Notes: generated by a model not told the origin, from the letters alone. A DNA stretch of 43,319 nt from Candidatus Zixiibacteriota bacterium (GCA_012517955.1 JAAYTW010000097.1:1-43319), one strand, 5' to 3'. Shown: positions 17,923-26,721, counted from the first letter of the stretch. Translations and numbers: made by a program.

Positions 17923-19232
17923 TTTCGTTCCCGCGCTTTAAAAACGAGCGTCAAGGGGGTTCCGACAAAACCGAATTTTTCCCTAAGCTGATTTTCGAGA
18001 AATCGCTTGTAAGATGGGTCGACAAATTTCGGGAAGGTACAGAAAAACACAAATGTCGGCGGCGGATCGGCGGCTTGGGTGACATAATTGAATTTGATAA
18101 GTTTTCCCATACGCGCCGGCGGCTGCCGTTTGGCCAGGGTCTGTTTCAAAAAATCATTCAGCTCCGATGTTTTAAGCCTTTTATTGCGCTCGAAATCCAC
18201 ATCATTTATGGCGGTAATGATTTTATCGATGCCCGCGCCTTTCAGGGCGCTTGTAAACACCACCGGAATATAAGACAGCATGGGAGCTTGAGCACGCACG
18301 AAAGCTCTGAAATCTTCTTGAGGAACGCCGTCGACCAAATCCCATTTATTGGCTATAAAAATCACGCCTTTACCGAGTTGGTCGGCATAATCCGCTATTT
18401 TAATATCGCCGACCGTGATTCCCTCATTGGTATCCAGAACAACCAAAACGATATCCGAACGTTCAATTGCCTTAAGGCTCCGCACCGACGTCCAATATTC
18501 CAGCGAATCGGGGAACTGGGCTTTTTTGCGTAAACCGGCGGTATCGATAAATATATATTCGCGTCCGTTAATGGTTACTTGACTGTCGATACTATCGCGT
18601 GTAGTGCCTGGTATCGATGATACTATTTGGCGATTTTCGCCCATTATCGCGTTAAACAAAGACGATTTGCCGACATTAGGCCTTCCGACTATGGCGATTT
18701 TCAGTCCCGATTCTGCGGCTTCGGCATCCTCAGTCAGCGGCAACGCTTTTATCAGCGCATCCATAAAATCGCCGATACCGCGGCCATTAGCAGCCGAAAT
18801 TCCATAAACCTCACCCAGACCGAGTTTATAGAATTCCGCGGTATCCAATGATGCTTTTTCCGAATCGGCTTTATTAGCCGCCACGATTGTTTTCTTTCCG
18901 TGCCTTTTCAATTTCGCCGCGATATTTCTATCTTCCAGCTGCACTCCCACGGCGGTATCAACGACCAGGACCACGACGTCCGCCTGGTCTATCGCCACCA
19001 ACACCTGATTCGAAACCTGCGCCGAAATTTCTTCATCGGCATTCTGGACAAAACCGCCGGTATCCACCAATAGAAATTCCCGTCGATTCCACTGACAGGG
19101 AGCATAAAGCCTATCGCGGGTCACCCCCGGGCGGTCATCGACAATGGCCTTGCGTTGTTTTATCATTCTGTTAAATAATGTCGATTTGCCCACGTTAGGC
19201 CTTCCGACTATAGCCACAATCTTTCTGCTCAC
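17904..19232 (-). CDS. der: Ribosome-biogenesis GTPase Der (EngA), double G-domain
   Basis: 442 aa. Two P-loops, each GRPNVGKS(T/S)LFN, two NK(A/W)D boxes, and a KH-like C-terminus. Confidence 0.97.
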   Translation of the reverse strand: MSRKIVAIVGRPNVGKSTLFNRMIKQRKAIVDDRPGVTRDRLYAPCQWNRREFLLVDTGGFVQNADEEISAQVSNQVLVAIDQADVVVLVVDTAVGVQLEDRNIAAKLKRHGKKTIVAANKADSEKASLDTAEFYKLGLGEVYGISAANGRGIGDFMDALIKALPLTEDAEAAESGLKIAIVGRPNVGKSSLFNAIMGENRQIVSSIPGTTRDSIDSQVTINGREYIFIDTAGLRKKAQFPDSLEYWTSVRSLKAIERSDIVLVVLDTNEGITVGDIKIADYADQLGKGVIFIANKWDLVDGVPQEDFRAFVRAQAPMLSYIPVVFTSALKGAGIDKIITAINDVDFERNKRLKTSELNDFLKQTLAKRQPPARMGKLIKFNYVTQAADPPPTFVFFCTFPKFVDPSYKRFLENQLREKFGFVGTPLTLVFKARERKCLRWQ

Positions 19233-20509
19233 GCGATTAACCTTATCGTTTCCCCAAAATCATAAGTTCCCTGGACTATTTCCAAGCCTGTTTTATCCGC
19301 CAATTCCTGCGGCGAATAATCATCGATGAATCTATCATCATGGTTTAAACAATTGGGAGGCAAAATCGCCATTCCCGATTTCCTACCGGCATTTTTGATT
19401 CCTTTCAAAATATCCTTTCCGGCCAACAAACCCGATACCGTTACTTTCCGCCCATAAAAACGGTTGGTTATCGGGAGCAAATTAAGCTCGACGCGATGTT
19501 TTTTGAAGAGATATTTTTGCCATACTCTTTCCATCGATCTGCCGGTAATCCAAATTCCCTTTTTCCGAAGCATCATTTTTCGTCGGGATGATATCCGGTT
19601 GGGGATTGTATCTAAAAATCGTCTGACCATGCCGACTCCGTTTTCAATCTGCGGATAATCATCGTAATATGAAGTAGGCGGAAAATCCATATCAGATCTG
19701 ATGAAAAGTTCATCGGCGGCATAAGCGAATTTATTTTCGGCGTCTCCATATTTTTTTCGATAATTATCTACCTGGGCTATCAATTTCGCGGCCGCAAACT
19801 TGCCGACCGGCATAACCGTACCTCCATCAGAAATCATATTTCTGGAAAATTTGGTCAAACCAACCGGCACAACCGCCAGAGATTGAGCAAACGGCCGTAA
19901 GGCGGCCAAATCCGCGGCGGTTCTATCGAGAATGGAGCCATCGTTATAACCGGGAACAATTACCACCTGAGAATGAAAATAGATATTCGATTCCGCCAGT
20001 TCTTTCAGGACCGATAAAATCGGGGGCAACCGCCGCCTACCGAATAAAAGACGTCGAACCGGCTCATCGGTTGCCTGAACCGATATATAAATAGGCGACA
20101 AGCGCAACTTGATTATCCTTCGAATTTCATAATCGGAAACGTTGGTTAGAGTAACGAAATTGCCATACATAAACGATTGGCGATAATCATCATCCTTGAT
20201 ATATAGTGTCTGACGCAATCCTTTGGGGTTATTATGCACAAAACAAAACACACAGTTATTGCGGCAACGGATTATTCTATCCGGCTCGAAATCAAGCCCC
20301 AAATCGCTATCAATATCTTTTGTTAGATATCGGAAAAATACCTTTCCGTTTCGTGCCAATTTCAGCGCAACCCGATGTTCCGCCTGATAAAACCGATAAT
20401 CGATTATATCATTTATCGCGTGGCCATTTATCGAAATCAGCTCATCGCCAATCGATACGCCGATTTTGAATACGGGCGAGCCGGCTTTGATATTCGTTAT
20501 CTTCAGCAT
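19229..20509 (-). CDS. PDZ / radical-SAM-like / DUF512 protein
   Basis: 426 aa. N-terminal PDZ-like segment (GSPVFKIGVSIGDELISINGH), a cysteine box CRNNCVFCFV, and a long C-terminal region typical of the DUF512 family. Located upstream of der, as in many Bacillota and Thermotogota. Confidence 0.7.
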   Translation of the reverse strand: MLKITNIKAGSPVFKIGVSIGDELISINGHAINDIIDYRFYQAEHRVALKLARNGKVFFRYLTKDIDSDLGLDFEPDRIIRCRNNCVFCFVHNNPKGLRQTLYIKDDDYRQSFMYGNFVTLTNVSDYEIRRIIKLRLSPIYISVQATDEPVRRLLFGRRRLPPILSVLKELAESNIYFHSQVVIVPGYNDGSILDRTAADLAALRPFAQSLAVVPVGLTKFSRNMISDGGTVMPVGKFAAAKLIAQVDNYRKKYGDAENKFAYAADELFIRSDMDFPPTSYYDDYPQIENGVGMVRRFLDTIPNRISSRRKMMLRKKGIWITGRSMERVWQKYLFKKHRVELNLLPITNRFYGRKVTVSGLLAGKDILKGIKNAGRKSGMAILPPNCLNHDDRFIDDYSPQELADKTGLEIVQGTYDFGETIRLIA

Positions 20510-20515
20510 AGCGGG

Positions 20516-20544
20516 AATTTAACGTTTTTTTTGAGAAAAGGCAA
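20516..20544 (-). promoter_or_regulatory. Candidate promoter of the DUF512-der-plsY-gpsA string (TTGCCT-17-TAAATT)
   Basis: - strand TTGCCT (20544-20539), 17-nt spacer, TAAATT (20521-20516). The ATG (20509) is 6 nt after the -10 element and has no SD. Confidence 0.4.
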
Positions 20545-20562
20545 CGGGTATGGCCGGCCGCC

Positions 20563-20598
20563 CAATCAAATAAGCGGCCCATATCGCGACAGGCCGCT
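20563..20598 (-). terminator. Intrinsic terminator after the 399-aa gene
   Basis: - strand AGCGGCC-tgtcgcgatatg-GGCCGCT followed by TATTTGATT. It sits 22 nt after the stop at 20620. Confidence 0.65.
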
Positions 20599-20619
20599 CG
20601 ATTATGGATAAATAATTAT

Positions 20620-21783
20620 TTATTTGGCTCTGACGTTTAATTCGAGATAATTGGGCGATTTGGACCGGACTTTCGTTGTAAAGAACGCTAAACCCTTGAT
20701 TGACAATTGGTCGATAATATCATCGCAATTATATGATGTTACCATATCAAAAGCAGCGGTGCCCTCCGAATACGTTCGTTTTTCCAACGATTTTATACCC
20801 TTTATCCTGGTTTGGAAATCGGCTTTGAATCCGCTCAATTCGGCCTCCGACTGCAATCCATTCACGACGAGAGTAATTCTTATGCCGGTGGGTTTATTGG
20901 TTGCCCATTCGCGGATAATATCGCCGGCAATCTGATTGACCGCTTCTTCGGCGGCCCTTGTTATCGCCAGGGCTCCACCGACCACGGCGTCAACGTGAAG
21001 CTGCGTGGACCGAGCCGAAAACGTGCTGATTGTTTGACCATCATCGACCCGAATCGCTCGTAACAAGACGGTGGCGTCCAGGGAGGCCATGGCTCCGGGA
21101 TTGGCACCGTTGTCCAACCGCGACGCAACGGCACGCCCGAAAACTATAACCTGAGCATCGTTAAGCCTGGCCAAATTAAGCAACGTATCCAAATCGCCGT
21201 CATAGATAGCTTTCTCGCGCGGTTCGCTTAAACTGTTTAGGAAAGCTTTTTGGTCGATTAAGGGAAAGCCGAGTTTCCATAGGGAATCGCGAACCTTAGA
21301 TTCGGCATCATTTAATTTCGGTTGTTGGCGATGCCTATAGTTTTCATCGATATTTTTTTGCTCAATTAAAACCAAAATTCGAGGATATCCTTTTTTTTGC
21401 GGGGTTATCCCCAGCGCGGCCAAATCTTTTAATAAGGTTGAAGTCGATATCCCCACCCTGGCGGATAATTCATATGAATTAGGAGAGGTTGCCGATGCCC
21501 CTTCTTTTAATACCTCAATATTATTGATATAGGCTCCCGGCCGAGAGAAAATCTTATCGTCAAGCAATGATGATTTTTCTGCGGCCAGCGCCGGAGGAAG
21601 CAGGGCGAGCACCGTTTGCCTCAAGCCTTTACGCATAGCTTCTCCGAAAATATCATCGCGGGTCCTGGCCGTGTCCGACTCCTCAATTACGCCGGTAACA
21701 TAGACATCTATAAAATTTATATCAGCGGCTAATAGGGAAGCCGTCATACTCAGGAAAACAATAGCTGCAGCTAATTTTCTCAT
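20620..21783 (-). CDS. Hypothetical secreted protein
   Basis: Start placed at ATG 21783 (MRKLAAAIVFLSMTASLLAA signal peptide, preceded by GAGGA). The listed start at 21819 adds 12 non-signal residues. About 387 aa. No recognisable motif. Confidence 0.6.
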   Translation of the reverse strand: MRKLAAAIVFLSMTASLLAADINFIDVYVTGVIEESDTARTRDDIFGEAMRKGLRQTVLALLPPALAAEKSSLLDDKIFSRPGAYINNIEVLKEGASATSPNSYELSARVGISTSTLLKDLAALGITPQKKGYPRILVLIEQKNIDENYRHRQQPKLNDAESKVRDSLWKLGFPLIDQKAFLNSLSEPREKAIYDGDLDTLLNLARLNDAQVIVFGRAVASRLDNGANPGAMASLDATVLLRAIRVDDGQTISTFSARSTQLHVDAVVGGALAITRAAEEAVNQIAGDIIREWATNKPTGIRITLVVNGLQSEAELSGFKADFQTRIKGIKSLEKRTYSEGTAAFDMVTSYNCDDIIDQLSIKGLAFFTTKVRSKSPNYLELNVRAK

Positions 21784-21878
21784 AATATCCTCTTTATCTG
21801 AGCCAAAAGGCCTATCCACTTACAATATCGTCAACTATCGCATCTGCTTAAGCCCGTCGAATTATGCCGCGTTTAAGC

Positions 21879-21907
21879 TTGACAGAAGCGACCGTTATTG
21901 AATATCT
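21879..21907 (+). promoter_or_regulatory. Possible promoter for tRNA-Gly (TTGACA-17-ATATCT with a TGn extension)
   Basis: TTGACA at 21879-21884, TGA at 21899-21901, then ATATCT at 21902-21907. The -10 element is weak. Confidence 0.3.
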
Positions 21908-21951
21908 TCTTTCGGCGCTTAATCCGGGTTTTAAAAACGGATAAGCTTTTA

Positions 21952-22023
21952 GCGGGCGTAATTCAGCGGTAGAATGTCAGCTTCCCAAGCTGGACGTCGT
22001 GGGTTCGAGCCCCATCGCCCGCT
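21952..22023 (+). tRNA. tRNA-Gly (anticodon CCC)
   Basis: Hand-folded cloverleaf. Acceptor GCGGGCG/CGCCCGC, D stem ATTC/GAAT, anticodon stem TCAGC/GCTGG with loop TTCCCAA (CCC), T arm GTGGG-TTCGAGC-CCCAT, discriminator T. 72 nt, with no encoded CCA. Confidence 0.93.
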
Positions 22024-22082
22024 TATTCATTTTAGCTGCCGCAATAATCCGAAACCTTAGCGATAATGAATCGAACGCCTTT

Positions 22083-23462
22083 TCAGCCTGCAATCTTCGG
22101 ATTAGGCGTAGGGTCTTTTCCCAACATAAACCTAACGATTCGAGCCAATAGGCTGCCGCAAGTCGTGTATGTTCCGCTATGATGATACAAGTATTCCAGC
22201 GGTTGCGACGACATAATTACGGAACCTTTGCCAAAGGCATATATGACTAAAGTCGCCTGCCCGAGATGATTTTGGGTAAGAGGCAACGCGCCCGGCGGTA
22301 ACGCGCCCAAACTCCCATAAGAAATTTGCGAGCCTGACAATGAATCTCGCATCCCCGCCACGACGACATGATAAGGGGTCACTACTCGATTCAAGTTTGA
22401 TGAAATATTCGTGAACACCACTCCCGCAGGAAATTGCATATGCGTTGAATCGAAATAGCCGGAATGAGTGCTTCCGGCGTCCGCAACCATCAACATGCTT
22501 CCACCCATATCGACGAACTCCTCGAAATAATCGTGGGCCGCCATATAATCGTTATAGAAAGCGGTATCCTGCCAGCCTTCGAATATCACGATATCGCGCC
22601 CCGGCACTAAAAGTATTGAGCCCATCAGGGTAGAATTGAATACCTGATATTGATTATCCCCAGGCCCCTGACTGAATCCCATCCCATCAAGCAACGTATC
22701 CAAATCCGCAAAACCCCAAGGCAACGAATTACGGAAAATTCGGACACGTCTGGCCTCGCCATAACCAAGTTGAAGTAAATTCACGGCTATATCATTATCG
22801 AGACTGTCAAACAAGGATATTGTAACCTGAGCGCGATATAGATATCTATCAAAAGTATTCAGCCCGTATATATCAAAATACCGATTTATACCCGATGGCA
22901 CCGACAGTTCCACAACCATCGATGTTTGCTCATGGTCAACTAATTGAGTGGAAATAAGGGGCGACTCTATCCCCTCTCCGGTCACGCTAATCTGAATCTC
23001 ATTGACCTGGTCAAATAAGGCGTCTTCTGGATAAGGTATATAAACCCTAACCCCCCGATTAATCGGAATAAGCAACGCCGCCACATTGTTTCTTTGGCCG
23101 CTGGCCACGGCAAGCGTAACCGCCGCCCAATAAAGAGTATCGCCGGCGTGATTAGTGGCATGGACCGTAATTCTACGATTATTTCCAGCCGGAACCGCCA
23201 ATTCGATTACGGCGTATGTTTGATTATGGTCGACGGCATGAGACGCGGTCAATGGCAGAGCAATATCCGGACCGGTAACCCTAATTTTCAATTGCTCGAC
23301 ATCGGCAAAGGTATCATCGGATGGATAAGCGATTGAGAGAAAGGTATTGTTATCCGAAGAGGCATTGGTTGATGAATCATCCTGGCACCCGACAAAGATA
23401 ATGCCGGCCAATAGAATACCAATCGCAACCGCCCCCGATATAACAATTTTCCTTTTAAGCAC
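22083..23462 (-). CDS. Hypothetical lipoprotein with two tandem ~95-aa modules and an uncharacterised C-terminal domain
   Basis: 459 aa. GTG start preceded by AAGGAGGG. Lipobox IIFVGC (Cys26). See the repeat feature at 22767..23333. I cannot assign the C-terminal ~220 aa to a family. Confidence 0.6.
   Translation of the reverse strand: MLKRKIVISGAVAIGILLAGIIFVGCQDDSSTNASSDNNTFLSIAYPSDDTFADVEQLKIRVTGPDIALPLTASHAVDHNQTYAVIELAVPAGNNRRITVHATNHAGDTLYWAAVTLAVASGQRNNVAALLIPINRGVRVYIPYPEDALFDQVNEIQISVTGEGIESPLISTQLVDHEQTSMVVELSVPSGINRYFDIYGLNTFDRYLYRAQVTISLFDSLDNDIAVNLLQLGYGEARRVRIFRNSLPWGFADLDTLLDGMGFSQGPGDNQYQVFNSTLMGSILLVPGRDIVIFEGWQDTAFYNDYMAAHDYFEEFVDMGGSMLMVADAGSTHSGYFDSTHMQFPAGVVFTNISSNLNRVVTPYHVVVAGMRDSLSGSQISYGSLGALPPGALPLTQNHLGQATLVIYAFGKGSVIMSSQPLEYLYHHSGTYTTCGSLLARIVRFMLGKDPTPNPKIAG
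22767..23333 (-). repeat. Protein-level tandem duplication inside the lipoprotein gene (aa 44-134 and 141-232)
   Basis: IAYPSDDTFADVEQLKIRVTGPDIALPLTASHAVDHNQTYAVIELAVPAGNNRRI... aligns with YIPYPEDALFDQVNEIQISVTGEGIESPLISTQLVDHEQTSMVVELSVPSGINRYF... The shared pattern is YPxDxxFxxVxxhxIxVTGxxIxxPLxxxxxVDHxQTxxxxELxVPxGxNR. Confidence 0.7.
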
Positions 23463-23494
23463 AATTCCCTCCTTTAGATATTTATTTTGATATA

Positions 23495-23523
23495 ATTATA
23501 GTATTTTAAAAGGCAATTGGTAA
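23495..23523 (-). promoter_or_regulatory. Candidate promoter of the lipoprotein gene (TTACCA-17-TATAAT)
   Basis: - strand TTACCA (23523-23518), 17-nt spacer, TATAAT (23500-23495). Downstream lie an AAGGAGGG SD and the GTG start. Confidence 0.45.
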
Positions 23524-23544
23524 AGCACAATTTGGCTCAAGGCA

Positions 23545-23571
23545 ACAAAAAAGCCCGCCAATCGACGGGCT
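23545..23571 (-). terminator. Intrinsic terminator of the pfk-pfk-gap operon
   Basis: - strand AGCCCG-tcgattgg-CGGGCT followed by TTTTTTG. It sits 27 nt after the gap stop. Confidence 0.8.
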
Positions 23572-23597
23572 TTGATTATAAATATAACTATTTTCTA

Positions 23598-24608
23598 TCA
23601 AGAAACCTTTTTCCCAGCCAACATTCTTAACATATCGACCATGCGGCAGGAAAAGCCCCATTCATTATCGTACCATGAAAATACTTTGACAAGGTTGCCG
23701 TTCATAACCATCGTCGAAAGCCCATCGAATACCGATGAATTCGATTCGCCGATAATATCGCATGAAACAAGCGGGTCTTCCGTATATTTCAATACCCCCT
23801 TCATAGGGCCTTCGGCGGCTTTTTTCATGGCCGCATTGATATCTTCCTTGGTAACCGTTTTTTCCAGTTCGGCAATCAAATCGACCAGTGAGGCATCAGG
23901 AGTGGGTACTCTGACCGCCACCCCATCCAAACGACCTTTCATATCTGGGATTACTTCAGAAATGGCCTTGGCGGCCCCGGTGGTCGTCGGTATCATCGAT
24001 AAAGCCGCCGCCCGGGCTCTGCGCAGGTCCTTATGAGGCAAATCCAGAATTCTCTGGTCGTTCGTGTAAGAGTGAATAGTAGTCATAAAACCGCGTTTGA
24101 TATGGAAATTATCGTGCAGAACTTTTACAACCGGCGCAAGGCAGTTTGTAGTACAAGAACCGATAGAAACGACATGATGCTTCGAGCCGTCATACTGCTC
24201 GAAATTGACTCCCCTCACAAAAGTGCCATCGTGACCTTTGGCGGGCGCCGAAATCAGAATTTTTTTTGCGCCGGCGGCGATATGTTTGGATGCTTTTTCT
24301 TTATCGGTGAACTGACCTGTACATTCCAGGACTATATCTACTCCTAAATCTTTCCAGGGAAGATTCGCGGGGTCTTTTTCGGCTGTAACCTTGATTGTTT
24401 TTCCGGCTACTATTATGCTATCGTCCGTGGCTTTGACGTCTTCCCCAAACGCCCGATGAATGGAATCATATTTGAGAAGATGAGCCAGCGTTTTCGCGTT
24501 TGTAATATCGTTTATCGCCACGATATCCAAATCAGGATCCTTAAAAGCAATCCTGAACACCAATCTACCTATGCGACCAAACCCATTGATACCAACTTTA
24601 ACCGCCAT
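23598..24608 (-). CDS. gap: Type I glyceraldehyde-3-phosphate dehydrogenase
   Basis: 336 aa. VGINGFGRIGR, the catalytic SCTTNCLAP, and WYDNEWGFS. AAGGAGG Shine-Dalgarno. Confidence 0.97.
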   Translation of the reverse strand: MAVKVGINGFGRIGRLVFRIAFKDPDLDIVAINDITNAKTLAHLLKYDSIHRAFGEDVKATDDSIIVAGKTIKVTAEKDPANLPWKDLGVDIVLECTGQFTDKEKASKHIAAGAKKILISAPAKGHDGTFVRGVNFEQYDGSKHHVVSIGSCTTNCLAPVVKVLHDNFHIKRGFMTTIHSYTNDQRILDLPHKDLRRARAAALSMIPTTTGAAKAISEVIPDMKGRLDGVAVRVPTPDASLVDLIAELEKTVTKEDINAAMKKAAEGPMKGVLKYTEDPLVSCDIIGESNSSVFDGLSTMVMNGNLVKVFSWYDNEWGFSCRMVDMLRMLAGKKVS

Positions 24609-24641
24609 TGATTCCTCCTTGATATTATTATTAGAATTGCT

Positions 24642-25685
24642 CTATCCAAAAAAGACTTCTGCAGCAGAGTACAAGTCATCCGGCACGACTTTAGTTTTCG
24701 CCAGAGCATCTTCCAGAGGTACCGGCACTATCTGCAACCCTTTAAGCGCGACCATCTTGCCAAAGTCGCCCTGATGTATTAAATCGACGGCGGCTACTCC
24801 GAACCGGGTGGCCAAAACTCTATCGAAAGCGGTCGGCGTTCCACCTCTTTGGATATGGCCGAGAATCACATACCTGGCCTCAAAACCGGTTCGCTTTTCA
24901 ATTTCTTTGGCTAAAACGCTGGCTATACCGCCTAAACGCACATGCCCAAACGCGTCTTTTTCCATATCCTGGAGAATCATTGTGCCGTCAACTTCAGCTT
25001 CAACTTTGAATTTGGCTCCTTCGGCCACGACGATAATCGTAAAGTCTTTGCCGTTATCATGACGTTTCTTGATTACGTCACAAATCGAATCGACGTCGAA
25101 AGGTTTTTCAGGAATCAGGATAACATCGGCTCCGCTGGCCAAACCCGATTCAATGGCAATCCAGCCGGTATGGCGGCCCATTACTTCCACTATCAAAGCC
25201 CTGTTATGGCTTTCGGCGGTTGAGTGCACCCTATCAATCGCTTCCATAGCCACATTTACCGCGGTATCGAAACCGAAAGTGTAATCGGTGCCTTCCAAAT
25301 CATTGTCAATTGTTTTGGGAATCCCCACGACCTTAATGCCGGCATCATGAAGCTTTTTGGCCACGCCGAGAGTATCCTCGCCGCCGATTGCCGCAATAAC
25401 GTCGATTTTGGCTTTTTCGATGTTTTTCTTGATGGTTTCGATGCCGTTTGGAATCTTGTTGGGATTGGTGCGGGATGTTTTCAATATCGTGCCGCCGCGA
25501 AAAATAATTCCGCGAACGTCGCTTTTCTGGAGCCTGATATACTTTTCTTCAAGGAGCCCTCTCCAGCCTTCAAGGATTCCGATAACCTCATCGTCATACT
25601 TATTAATCGACTTGATAACGATAGCCCTGATGACAGCGTTTAAACCGGGGCAATCGCCTCCACCTGTAAGAATACCTATGCGCAC
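24642..25685 (-). CDS. pfp: 6-phosphofructokinase paralogue with the PPi-type signature (Asp104 / Lys124)
   Basis: 347 aa. ILTGGGDCPGLNAVIRA; IGGEDTLGVA (D104, codon 25374-25376); GIPKTIDNDL (K124, codon 25314-25316); MGRHTGW. The symbol is tentative because phosphoryl-donor specificity cannot be proven from sequence. Confidence 0.85.
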   Translation of the reverse strand: MRIGILTGGGDCPGLNAVIRAIVIKSINKYDDEVIGILEGWRGLLEEKYIRLQKSDVRGIIFRGGTILKTSRTNPNKIPNGIETIKKNIEKAKIDVIAAIGGEDTLGVAKKLHDAGIKVVGIPKTIDNDLEGTDYTFGFDTAVNVAMEAIDRVHSTAESHNRALIVEVMGRHTGWIAIESGLASGADVILIPEKPFDVDSICDVIKKRHDNGKDFTIIVVAEGAKFKVEAEVDGTMILQDMEKDAFGHVRLGGIASVLAKEIEKRTGFEARYVILGHIQRGGTPTAFDRVLATRFGVAAVDLIHQGDFGKMVALKGLQIVPVPLEDALAKTKVVPDDLYSAAEVFFG

Positions 25686-25692
25686 GACAAAC

Positions 25693-26661
25693 CTACTTTC
25701 CTAATACCTCGGCCAATTCTATCATTCTTGGACCAAGTTCTCTTTTATTGTTAAACACGTTTTCAAATGTAGTGACCTTAATTTCGCCTTTCACTAACCC
25801 CACCATACAACCGGAATACCCCTCCAACAGTTTCAATACCGCCGCCGAACCTAACCGCGAAGCCAGCGTCCTATCATATCCCGACGGGGAGCCGCCTCTC
25901 TGCAAATGCCCAAGTACCGTAATCTTTGAAACGATTCCGGCTATTTTTGATAATTGTCGAGCGACCTGATAGGCCGTTGAAGCCCCCTCCGCCACGATTA
26001 TGATATTGCTGACTTTTCCTTGCTTGTAACGTTCTTTTATTCGGGCGGCTATCTTTTCCAAGTCATATTTCACCTCAGGTATAATAGCAGCCTCCGCCCC
26101 GGTGGCAATCGCCGACATCAAAGCCAGATAGCCGGACCCTCGGCCCATGGTTTCAATAATAAATGTTCGTTCATGTGATGATGCCGTATCTTTTATTTTA
26201 TCAACCGCCTCTATAATATTGTTCATGGCGGTATCGACGCCAAGACTCATATCCGAACCATAAATATCATTATCAATCGAGCCTGGGATTCCAATTACAT
26301 CCAGGCCGCGTCCGGCAAGGGCCTGCGCCCCATGAAAGGACCCGTCCCCGCCTATCACAATCAAGGCATCACACTCGTTCTTGACAAGATTGTTGATAGC
26401 CTCTTTTTGGGCCTCCTCATACTTGAATTCCTCGCATCGGGCTGTTAATAATATGGTACCGCCCTTTTGGATAATTCCCGAAACATGATTGGAATTCATC
26501 TCAAACATATCATTATCAAGCAAACCGGCGAACCCGCGGCGGATTCCCATTACTTGAATTCCATGTTGGGCGGCCTCGCGGAACACCGCTCTAATACATG
26601 GATTCATGCCGGGCGAATCGCCCCCCGACGTCAGCAACCCTATTTTTTTCAGTTTTATCAT
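25693..26661 (-). CDS. pfkA: ATP-dependent 6-phosphofructokinase (classical PfkA type)
   Basis: Start placed at ATG 26661 (MIKLKKIGLLTSGGDSPGMN), because the listed start at 26721 would overlap the promoter. IGGDGSFHGA and GIPGSIDNDI give the Gly/Gly ATP-type signature. LGHLQRGGSP. Collinear by eye with E. coli PfkA. Confidence 0.93.
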   Translation of the reverse strand: MIKLKKIGLLTSGGDSPGMNPCIRAVFREAAQHGIQVMGIRRGFAGLLDNDMFEMNSNHVSGIIQKGGTILLTARCEEFKYEEAQKEAINNLVKNECDALIVIGGDGSFHGAQALAGRGLDVIGIPGSIDNDIYGSDMSLGVDTAMNNIIEAVDKIKDTASSHERTFIIETMGRGSGYLALMSAIATGAEAAIIPEVKYDLEKIAARIKERYKQGKVSNIIIVAEGASTAYQVARQLSKIAGIVSKITVLGHLQRGGSPSGYDRTLASRLGSAAVLKLLEGYSGCMVGLVKGEIKVTTFENVFNNKRELGPRMIELAEVLGK

Positions 26662-26692
26662 TCTTTCCGCCTTACCCCTATAAAATGGCGCA

Positions 26693-26721
26693 ATTATAAT
26701 TACAAACCGCCATTCTGTCAA
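26693..26721 (-). promoter_or_regulatory. Consensus sigma70 promoter of the pfkA-pfp-gap operon (TTGACA-17-TATAAT)
   Basis: - strand TTGACA (26721-26716), exactly 17 nt of spacer, TATAAT (26698-26693). The ATG at 26661 lies about 31 nt downstream. Confidence 0.75.

Noticed and set aside
21952-23462. tRNA-Gly as an integration site for a genomic island
   Set aside because: There is no integrase, no direct repeat of the tRNA 3' end downstream, and only one orphan gene next to it.
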